Notes under the pieces: model-generated | Databases searched by the model: none | The model's input: the letters and a program-made list of their open reading frames with translations, nothing else | What the model was told of the DNA's origin: nothing | Shown here: piece after piece, positions 57,401 through 64,000 of the stretch | Layout of the letters: every line of letters starts with the position of its first letter | Position numbering within the stretch: the first letter of the stretch is position 1 | Origin: an uncultured Methanosarcinales archaeon | Lineage (GTDB): Archaea; Nanobdellota; Nanobdellia; Woesearchaeales; GW2011-AR15 | NCBI GenBank assembly: GCA_964428335.1 | Contig: CAYRXW010000003.1 | Span: forward strand, 150,368-214,367 | Length of the DNA stretch: 64,000 nt | Direction: 5' to 3' | Translations under genes and position numbers: made by a program

Positions 57401-57974
57401 ACTCATCATTAATGCTTAAATCAGGTTCGTCTTCAGGGGAACAGGTAACTATGCCTGAACCAGAATTTATCGTACAGTAATCATCCCCAGTTATAAAACT
57501 CTTTGAATAAATTAATGTATCAGAATCAGCATCTGTTGTTTGCAAGGTAAATGAATAATTATAGCCTTCTGTTAAAGTTTCATAGCTTCCAATATTTATG
57601 TTTGAAGAGTTCTTTAAAAAAGGAGTAGTTGGAGGGGAATTTTGGATAGTAATCCTACTGCTTTCAATATCAAATGTAAGGTCTGTTGAATTTTCTGCCC
57701 TTACAGTGCAATTCCACTTCTGGCCTTTCTTTGTGTAAGTATGCGAAAGCACATCAGGGCTTGTCGAATTAATTGTAGTCCTGAACAATACTGAATTATT
57801 ATACCATGAAACATTCACCTGAGTATGGCCTGATACTGTGAAATAACATGATAAATTGCTGGAAGTTGTTGCATTAACTGGTGAAATTGAGATACTGGAA
57901 AGATTTAATGAGTTTATGAATATGGAGAATAGTATTACAAGAATTCCGATGATTGCTATTTTTTTATATCTCAT
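54429..57974 (-). CDS. Large surface glycoprotein with cadherin/Ig-like repeats and C-terminal TM
   Basis: Repeated N.PP/ND.P..INATD.D..G.I.FTP units; many N-x-S/T; signal peptide at MRYKK. Confidence 0.82.
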   Translation of the reverse strand: MRYKKIAIIGILVILFSIFINSLNLSSISISPVNATTSSNLSCYFTVSGHTQVNVSWYNNSVLFRTTINSTSPDVLSHTYTKKGQKWNCTVRAENSTDLTFDIESSRITIQNSPPTTPFLKNSSNINIGSYETLTEGYNYSFTLQTTDADSDTLIYSKSFITGDDYCTINSGSGIVTCSPEDEPDLSINDEYDFLVRDGTNIVGMSIEFNVTPVNDVPYFITSIANQSVEENETLQYIITVGDEENSTGPFLFSVNSSYNPERIENTTANEYIFTIQFFDNRKANYTDEGNHTVTITACDPEDNALCVSDSFNLEVISINHAPEIEVIPNKSGVQNQRFTLRINASDVDPDQINFSITEDCGLNIWNLTTIEHGNENATALINVTLNNTHIYCANFTVYITDTKVTVSQNVYLNLSNRNDNPLIHRNSLYSGNYLDNKKINNLTAYTDIRFVYRINATDMDSLVNFSESLSYATNSSNCLANCPHLSINSSTGTVTFMPNSSFTGNYYYLITVTDDGGKTDTEIFNITILQNYPPYFNQVPQNQTAYEDSLFTYKINATDPDGAFDTFIDNSSFFVISSSGLINFTPNCSIDGNYSVYIRINDTNGGENSSIFTLEIQNTADAPILPNVLNSTIIESYLYYLDIGSQTTDPDTTCFENDNKTFTSRFIGSAALFNISANGIISFTPNSTADGEYRINVTVRDLYGLTDSVLFNITIINRTYAPIIQNITPYDRPINTSFVLVSSIGENYTYTNTTENTTIYFAHETYDPDGDQLEYNWTLDGSIVSSSRNYSRYFGFAENGTYTVVLIVYDNVSGLMAHDINFTWYLTIHNKNRIPLLNSSLPNVTNITQAFRWTNYLTGGSGNVRFNDPDNDTLTYTNTETTKVDIEYDGNDVIFTPLAVGSETVIFTADDGTDTKISNNVTINVTEIPESDTPQSSSTRTRKKSVPYPVFEQVEVEKEVFLDILNPEPAVIYNNNTLRQKIVILNSGNKTLHGIKLSALTNSSTADITFSNVFLANLEPNSEEKVDLIVKDYRLYNNYVITIYANVTSPFYKDKAVIYINALEKSKGDDTLTQTKITFAKDLLSSNPECMELNEYLKKALEHTEQGNYEEAQIIIDSVIQGCKNLVSKSKLKNDSPLAWAIKISEIPYFRPILISFIVLAIFAVFITIRAKRINEQNEA

Positions 57975-57985
57975 TTTAAATAAGG

Positions 57986-58058
57986 GCCAGACACGCTTGT
58001 TTTGGGGGTGCATATCCATTAATAGAACCGGACCAGGTCCTATGTAAGCGTGACTGGC
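57986..58058 (-). promoter_or_regulatory. Structured intercistronic element before surface-protein gene
   Basis: GCCAGACACGCTT/AAGCGTGACTGGC 12/13 stem enclosing a GGAC-CAG-GTCC hairpin. Confidence 0.5.
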
Positions 58059-58066
58059 TTTCCTTT

Positions 58067-58192
58067 TTACTTTTTTAATTTCTCCTCTATTGCCTTAATG
58101 ACAAAATCCTTTATTGACATCTCTTCAATAGCGCATTTTACCTTGGCTTTCTTATGAAGCTCATCAGGGATTTCGATATTTATATTGGTCAT
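58067..58192 (-). CDS. Ribbon-helix-helix protein (ParG/CopG-like; not in ORF track)
   Basis: MTNINIEIPDELHKKAKVKCAIEEMSIKDFVIKAIEEKLKK, 41 aa. Confidence 0.8.
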   Translation of the reverse strand: MTNINIEIPDELHKKAKVKCAIEEMSIKDFVIKAIEEKLKK

Positions 58193-58251
58193 TAGAGAAA
58201 ACTATATGTGTGGTGGTTTAAATACTTATTTATTTAATTTAAATTAATAAG

Positions 58252-58296
58252 TTTACTTATTTTACTTACTTTACTTAATTAACTTAATTTTAACTA
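58252..58296. repeat. 9-bp tandem repeats (TTTACTTAN)
   Basis: TTTACTTAT TTTACTTAC TTTACTTAA TTAACTTAA TTTTAACTA. Confidence 0.65.
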
Positions 58297-58337
58297 GCTT
58301 TAGAAAATATCAGTTTTTAAATCATGTATTTAAGCAC

Positions 58338-58925
58338 TCATTTAAGACGCCAACAACCAAAATAGCCTGTAAATTCTCCAGATTTCAATACTCCGTCACT
58401 TAATGCTTTTTCAGTTGTATAAATAGTTGAAGCGTAATTTCCAAAAATTATTGCGCCATTGATTTCAATTGGATTTCCCTTGTAAAATGTATTCTCAGCA
58501 TCATTTTTTATTTGAATGGCTGCTTGGCAGTTTTTATGGTTTGGATAAAAATACCCTCCTGCTAATCCAGCAATGAGTCCCAGGGAAACTGCAAATATTG
58601 TTGTGTTAAATGCAACCTGCTTCCAATATGTTGAGGTTCTTCTATGAATAGTCACCGGCTGAAATGGCATATGATTATCATGTGCCTTAAAAGAATCAAT
58701 AAATCTTTTATAGGTTCTTTCAAATTTCTCTAGATTTTCATAAATGAGATCTTTAGCTGATTCAATTGCCTCGTAAAAACTATCTGCAGCTTTTTTCCTA
58801 GTATCTTTAAATCCGGAATTTAATTCTGATTTTAAGTAAGCAATATCATAATTAATACCAGCTTTTGCAAGAAAATAGTAATATTCAAGGCTATCAATAA
58901 TTTCAGGAAGTGAAGGATGAGACAT
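58338..58925 (-). CDS. Hypothetical protein with one TM
   Basis: 195-aa ORF; TIFAVSLGLIAGLAGGYF. Confidence 0.6.
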   Translation of the reverse strand: MSHPSLPEIIDSLEYYYFLAKAGINYDIAYLKSELNSGFKDTRKKAADSFYEAIESAKDLIYENLEKFERTYKRFIDSFKAHDNHMPFQPVTIHRRTSTYWKQVAFNTTIFAVSLGLIAGLAGGYFYPNHKNCQAAIQIKNDAENTFYKGNPIEINGAIIFGNYASTIYTTEKALSDGVLKSGEFTGYFGCWRLK

Positions 58926-58936
58926 TTTCTAAAAAA

Positions 58937-59323
58937 CTAATTACAATTTCCGTTTGCATCCGGAAAATAGGGCATATCTAGATAAGCACCAATATCTCTT
59001 CTGTCCTGAATTATGCCATTTTGCATAGCTGGAGAGCCATTATTTCTTTTAATTATTTCCTGTTGCAACAAATCCCATTCAAGATCAGACATTGGTGCTT
59101 TATATTGTGCTCTTAACTCATTTAAACCCATTCCTGCAGTAACCGGCAATTGATAATTAGTTGGACATGCGTATCTTGGAATAGCAGTTGGCTGTGGTTC
59201 AGGGGGAAAAGACACTTGTGTTGAACCTAAAGCAAAAGTGCATGCGTAAGATAACAAACTAACAAAAGTAATTCCACCAACGATGATTCTTCCTATTGCA
59301 GTTTTTGGACTATTAGTAGACAT
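58937..59323 (-). CDS. Secreted small protein, possible degenerate LysM
   Basis: N-terminal TM, Pro linker, V.AG..L..L..QY...I...N...I....G..L..P. Confidence 0.5.
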   Translation of the reverse strand: MSTNSPKTAIGRIIVGGITFVSLLSYACTFALGSTQVSFPPEPQPTAIPRYACPTNYQLPVTAGMGLNELRAQYKAPMSDLEWDLLQQEIIKRNNGSPAMQNGIIQDRRDIGAYLDMPYFPDANGNCN

Positions 59324-59468
59324 TAATCAGTGGTTAAAACCTTCTATTTTTAAATGTTTTCAGTAATATTCAAGTTTTTCACCTAAAAATACCTTTTTTA
59401 GCATATTAACACTCTCGAAAATTATTTATACCCATTTCACAAAAGATCATTTAAAAGGTGAGTGGGTC

Positions 59469-62243
59469 ATGAAAAAATTGCTTATTCTTATGGTTTTATT
59501 TGTTATATCTTCAGTTTCTGCAGTATTTGCTGAGGGAGAATCTCCTGATTCTTTGCCTTTACAGGATAGCACAGGGTGCAGGCTTATAACAGCTGACTAT
59601 ACTTTGGAGGAAGATTATACAGCAAATGGAGATTGCCTAGTCATAGGAAGCAGCAATATAATACTAGATGGAAATGGCCATACTATAACAGGTGATGGTA
59701 CAGGGATAGGAATAACAGCAATAGGGACAACAGGCATCACAATAAAAAATTTCAAGATAAGAGGATTTAAGACCTCCATCTCAATCCAAGATGCAGATAA
59801 TTCTATAATTGAGAATAACGATATTGTAAGCACAAACGACTATTCTAAAGGAATTTCTTCAGTCTCATCAGACAATGTAATCTTCAAGGATAACAATGTG
59901 GTGATGGAGAATCAAGAAAGCGCAGGAATGTATCTTACAGGCCACAAGAACATGGTTTTTGACGGAAACAAGGTCACCTGCAAAAGCAAAATATTTTTAG
60001 AGAAAACATCTTGTGTGAGTTTAGCAAGCATATCAGATTCTGAAATAAAAAATAATGAAGTAGAGTACAAATCGGGCAATTTTCATATCAAAGGAGAATG
60101 CATCAAACTAAGCACAGGACAGAACAACAAGTTCCATGATAACACAATTAAAGGCTACTGTCTGGCACTGACATCTTCAGGAATAAGCAATTCAGAATTT
60201 TATTCAAACTTTATAGCAACTGACGGAGCATATTACGGCTCATATTCAAGAGGATTCACATTTGCAGATGGTGCAAATAACCTGATTAGAGATAATGAGA
60301 TTAGTGCTTCTGCACAGGTTTTTAACATAAATACTGCATACAGCACAAGCAGTCCTGCAGGATATGTTGTAACCAATCTTAAGATGGATAATGGCTTAAT
60401 CTTTTCTGCTAGCAAAGTCACACAAATCAATGTGTATGGAAGCAAGATTCCTAATGTAGTTGTTCCGGATTATGTTTCAAAAATTGGGTTAGGAAAATTT
60501 GGAATCCATACTTATACAAATACGCCAGGCTATATTGAATTTTCAGTGAAATATGACCCGACAGATGAAGTAGATGAAGACACAATAGGATTATACTATT
60601 ATTATTCAAATAAATGGATTCCTTTTCCAGGGAGCAGAGTTGACAAAGAAAATGATGTCCTCTATGTAGATTACATAAAATTCCCTACAGCTTTTAGTGG
60701 AAACAGTCTTAACTTAGGTATATGGGCAGAGGTTAAAGAGCCAGAACCTGAACCAACTGACTTATGCCAATCTGATTGCACAAGAGGGGATAATATTGCT
60801 TATCTTGAATGCGAATCACATGAAGGCTGCCAGGATGTCCAGATGAATTTTCTTGATCCTTCAGGAACAGGAAAGGTAGTTGCTGACTGCGATAATAGGA
60901 CATTAGACAGCAATTATTATTTTTCAGATTCGTACTGCATTGGCAATTTAGTCTATGAACAATATTCATGCAAAAAGAATCAAGGAGTAAGCGGCACTAT
61001 TGTTAATGTAAATCCAGCAGGCAGAACTTGTGAGAATGGGTGTGAAAACAGAGCATGCGTAAATGAAATTTTGAATGATACTATGCCAATTGAGGGAATC
61101 TGCCAGAAAAACCGTATCTTAATTTGCCATAATGAGAACAATCCTCATGAACTTTGCGTTGCAAATGAAAGCATAAGTGTCCATCTTGCCCATGCAGATT
61201 ATCTAGGTGTTTGTGTTTCAGATGATGAGGAAATTCAGCAAAACAAAACAATAGAACTTAACGAGAGCATAGAAAATGAGGAAAACGAGACTAAAGAAGA
61301 AACTGAGGCTGAGGAAGAAACAAAAACTGATGAAGAAGAACCAACAAATGGAAGCTGTCCTACTGAAAAAGCCTTCATCTGCCACGTAAAAAATAAAGAG
61401 CATGAACTTTGTGTTTCCATATCTGCACTGAGTTCACATCTTGCCCATGGGGATTATGAAGGGCGTTGCATAAACGAAAAAAAAGAAGAAAAGATTATTG
61501 ATTTGGTTTCACAGGATAAAAAAGCAGAGATTCTTTCAGAAGGTACAGTAAGAAAAATAGAGTTCAAAACAAAGAAAGAAAAAAAAGATATCAAAGTAAC
61601 AGTCAAAACAAGGAATACAGCACCACCGCAGGTAAAGGAGCATGAGAGAAAAGTCTATAATTATATTACGATAGATCATCCGGATATATCAAATGATGAG
61701 ATTGAAGATTCAAAAGTCGAATTTAGTGTTGAGAAAAAATGGGTTGCTTTAACAGGAAAGCCTGAGGATGTTGTCTTAAGCAAGTTTGAGAACGATTGGA
61801 GAGACCTAAAGACAAGATATAATAGAAGCGATGATACTCATTATTATTTTGAGTCAGATACAGATGGATTCTCAGAATTTGCAATTAACATGCAGTCAAC
61901 AGTTTCTGAGCCAATTCCAACAATTAATGAAACAATTGCACTCAATGAGAACACAGCCAAAGAAAATATAATTCCTAAAAATTCATACATTGATGTTGCA
62001 AAGAGAATATGGCCCATATTTTTATTGGCAGCATTGATACTTTACCTAACAATATTTTATACAACAAGAAATAAACTTAACGCTGAAGAAAAAGAAAAAA
62101 AAGAAAGAGAGCCCTACAAGATATTAATAGAATATGTAGCTGACCTAAAGAAAAAAGGAAATTCAACAGATCAGATAAAAGCTAAACTGAATGAGGCAGG
62201 ATGGGAAAAAGAGGATGTTGAGAAAGTCTTGAAATTTTCATAA
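59469..62243 (+). CDS. Surface protein: beta-helix (NosD/pectin-lyase-like), His/Cys repeats, PGF-pre-PGF domain, C-terminal TM
   Basis: IILDGNGHTITG, parallel beta-helix repeats; ICH..HELCV..HLAH.DY.G.C twice; KVYNYI.I..FSVEK.W..GFSEFAI. Confidence 0.8.
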   Translation: MKKLLILMVLFVISSVSAVFAEGESPDSLPLQDSTGCRLITADYTLEEDYTANGDCLVIGSSNIILDGNGHTITGDGTGIGITAIGTTGITIKNFKIRGFKTSISIQDADNSIIENNDIVSTNDYSKGISSVSSDNVIFKDNNVVMENQESAGMYLTGHKNMVFDGNKVTCKSKIFLEKTSCVSLASISDSEIKNNEVEYKSGNFHIKGECIKLSTGQNNKFHDNTIKGYCLALTSSGISNSEFYSNFIATDGAYYGSYSRGFTFADGANNLIRDNEISASAQVFNINTAYSTSSPAGYVVTNLKMDNGLIFSASKVTQINVYGSKIPNVVVPDYVSKIGLGKFGIHTYTNTPGYIEFSVKYDPTDEVDEDTIGLYYYYSNKWIPFPGSRVDKENDVLYVDYIKFPTAFSGNSLNLGIWAEVKEPEPEPTDLCQSDCTRGDNIAYLECESHEGCQDVQMNFLDPSGTGKVVADCDNRTLDSNYYFSDSYCIGNLVYEQYSCKKNQGVSGTIVNVNPAGRTCENGCENRACVNEILNDTMPIEGICQKNRILICHNENNPHELCVANESISVHLAHADYLGVCVSDDEEIQQNKTIELNESIENEENETKEETEAEEETKTDEEEPTNGSCPTEKAFICHVKNKEHELCVSISALSSHLAHGDYEGRCINEKKEEKIIDLVSQDKKAEILSEGTVRKIEFKTKKEKKDIKVTVKTRNTAPPQVKEHERKVYNYITIDHPDISNDEIEDSKVEFSVEKKWVALTGKPEDVVLSKFENDWRDLKTRYNRSDDTHYYFESDTDGFSEFAINMQSTVSEPIPTINETIALNENTAKENIIPKNSYIDVAKRIWPIFLLAALILYLTIFYTTRNKLNAEEKEKKEREPYKILIEYVADLKKKGNSTDQIKAKLNEAGWEKEDVEKVLKFS

Positions 62244-62268
62244 AAATAGATTTTTTTATTATATTTTA

Positions 62269-62922
62269 CTAGTAATATTTTATGTTGCCTTCAGAATGGA
62301 TGCCTTTCTTAAGCTCAATAGGTCTCCATTCATCCTCAATAAGCTCAGCATTCAGCCATTTTGCCAATTCTTTAGGGTTGCCGATTGTTGCAGAAAGCCC
62401 GATTATCTGGGCATTCTTCAGTATGCTTTTTAGTATTGTTATGACTATCTCCAGTGTAGGACCTCTTGTTGGGTCATTAAGAAGGTGAATCTCGTCAAAT
62501 ATTATGGTAGAAATATGTCTTATGAATGCAGCCTTATGCCTAATCAATGAATCAAGCTTTTCAGAGACAGTGATTATAATATCAAATTTCTCAAGAAAAG
62601 CATCGCTTGAGTCTGTGTCCCCAATTGAAATTGCAACCCTTAAATCGGGATATTTTTCTTTAAAATAGTCAAACTTTTCTGAAGCCAATGCTTTTAAGGG
62701 CACAACATAGACAGCTTTCCCAATCTTATTATAAATACCCTGAAGCATGGCTATTTCGGCAATTAGTGTCTTTCCTGAGGCAGTTGGAGTGCAGACAAGA
62801 AGGTTTTTTCTTTCAAGCAGGCCGGCATTAATTGCTTTTGACTGTGCGGGACGGAATTCTTTTATGTTCAGCTTTGAATAGAGGGAAGGATGAATCAAGG
62901 ACTTTACTGATGAAATTTCCAT
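62269..62922 (-). CDS. Stand-alone N-terminal domain of Ski2/Hel308-like DEAD/DEAH helicase
   Basis: RPAQ, PTASGKT, VPLKALA, DEIH, RGPTLE, LSATIGN; stops after WRPIEL. Confidence 0.82.
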   Translation of the reverse strand: MEISSVKSLIHPSLYSKLNIKEFRPAQSKAINAGLLERKNLLVCTPTASGKTLIAEIAMLQGIYNKIGKAVYVVPLKALASEKFDYFKEKYPDLRVAISIGDTDSSDAFLEKFDIIITVSEKLDSLIRHKAAFIRHISTIIFDEIHLLNDPTRGPTLEIVITILKSILKNAQIIGLSATIGNPKELAKWLNAELIEDEWRPIELKKGIHSEGNIKYY

Positions 62923-63012
62923 AGGCAGCAATAAAACACCCAGCTTTAAAAAATTAGTTTTCTTTTTGGATTTAAAGCAAAATTTATTAACCACAATACA
63001 TATAATAAAAAA

Positions 63013-63357
63013 ATGAACATCCTAATATTAATTTTAATAATCGTTGCTGTGTTTATCGGCCTTAAGCTACTAAAAAAAGTATTAAAGCTAGCGTTATTTA
63101 TCCTAGGCTCGGTTTTGCTGATTTCTATAGTCTGCAGCTTTCTGATAGTCAGGGACTTTAGAGCAATGGATGATGAAAAGATAGTCTTCCTGTCATATAA
63201 TGAAAACACAACAGAACAGGCAGATAGGTATGTTATCTTCTATTCAGAGGAAAAATCAAATCTTTCAAACTCCCAGATTGTAAAATATTATTGGAATGAG
63301 GATATTGAAGTTATCCCAGAAACGCCGCTTTTTAGGATAATTAAGATATTAAGATGA
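63013..63357 (+). CDS. Small membrane protein
   Basis: Two N-terminal hydrophobic helices. Confidence 0.65.
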   Translation: MNILILILIIVAVFIGLKLLKKVLKLALFILGSVLLISIVCSFLIVRDFRAMDDEKIVFLSYNENTTEQADRYVIFYSEEKSNLSNSQIVKYYWNEDIEVIPETPLFRIIKILR

Positions 63358-64000
63358 GAAAACAAATCTTATTTTTACTTTTTGCAAGCCTTTTTGTTTC
63401 ATCAGTATCAGGGATAACAGATGCTTACAGCGGCTGGATATACAACAACAATGAATTCTCGTTTGACGGCATAGATTATGATGTCGTCATTTCAAAAGGT
63501 GGCTCTTCAATAGTTCTAGTATCAGAAGATTCAATAAATATAGAACTAAATAGCTGCAGACACCAAGATTTCAGGAAATTCTGCTACAACACATCATTTT
63601 ATGACACGCAGCTTAAAGAATACAAAGCTTACCTGAACATCTATTACCTAAAGCCGGAAATCACAGTCGAAAGAACAATCTCAGATGCTAGTTTGGAAGT
63701 CGGAGAAACCTCAGAGATAACTATTGAACTTGAGAATACAGGGGATGAGGAAGCAACTGTTGAATTCTATGATGAACTGCCGAAAAATGTGAAAATAACA
63801 AGTGCTGACAATGCAGAGATATCAGGAAATTCAATAATATGGGAAGGAGAGATTGAGCCGGATGAGATATATGAGATAACATATGAAATAAAGAGCATTG
63901 GAAGCTTTGACATATATACCAAAGCAAGGGCAAAGTACTTTGATGGTGTTAATGAAATCACCGTATTCTCAGAGCAGGCAAACCTTGTTTCCCTAGAACC
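63354..64000 (+). CDS. Secreted/surface protein with DUF11/BatD-like Ig domain, 3'-truncated
   Basis: MRKQILFLLFASLFVSSVSG signal; PEITVERTI..VGE..ITIELENTG..DELP..WEGEI; open to window end. Confidence 0.7.
   Translation, partial: MRKQILFLLFASLFVSSVSGITDAYSGWIYNNNEFSFDGIDYDVVISKGGSSIVLVSEDSINIELNSCRHQDFRKFCYNTSFYDTQLKEYKAYLNIYYLKPEITVERTISDASLEVGETSEITIELENTGDEEATVEFYDELPKNVKITSADNAEISGNSIIWEGEIEPDEIYEITYEIKSIGSFDIYTKARAKYFDGVNEITVFSEQANLVSLE

Noticed and set aside
1..64000. CRISPR array, tRNA/rRNA, integrase, transposase, reverse transcriptase/DGR
   Set aside because: None recognised by eye; a divergent tRNA cannot be fully excluded without tRNAscan-SE

Overview
AT-rich archaeal chromosomal segment. 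Markers include radA, RPA, rpoL, rpoN, aIF-5A, rpl40e, NAC, gatD, archaeal leuS/asnS and RNase P RNA. The gene content and the many class III signal-peptide proteins suggest a DPANN lineage, probably Woesearchaeales-like (inference). Main highlights: (1) At 1-10.2 kb, a translationally coupled pilin-like operon ends in two predicted cell-wall-degrading proteins: an NlpC/P60 peptidase and a 1191-aa membrane protein fusing GH19 lysozyme-like, NAGPA phosphodiester glycosidase and SGNH esterase domains. This is a candidate pilus-associated anti-bacterial apparatus. (2) In a second pilin operon (40.4-48.8 kb), a pilin-like protein carries a cohesin-like domain and a giant Cys-rich adhesin carries a dockerin-like motif. 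(3) A leaderless MRNLLLL micro-ORF sits directly upstream of leuS and looks like an attenuation leader. (4) An AT-rich defence-like islet (HEPN-like gene flanked by 16-bp inverted repeats, PD-(D/E)XK nuclease) lies between rpa and radA. (5) A recoded duplicate of the asnS 3' end flanks two hairpins. (6) There are several structured leaders and operator-like arrays. All domain calls come from motif recognition by eye; no database searches were run.
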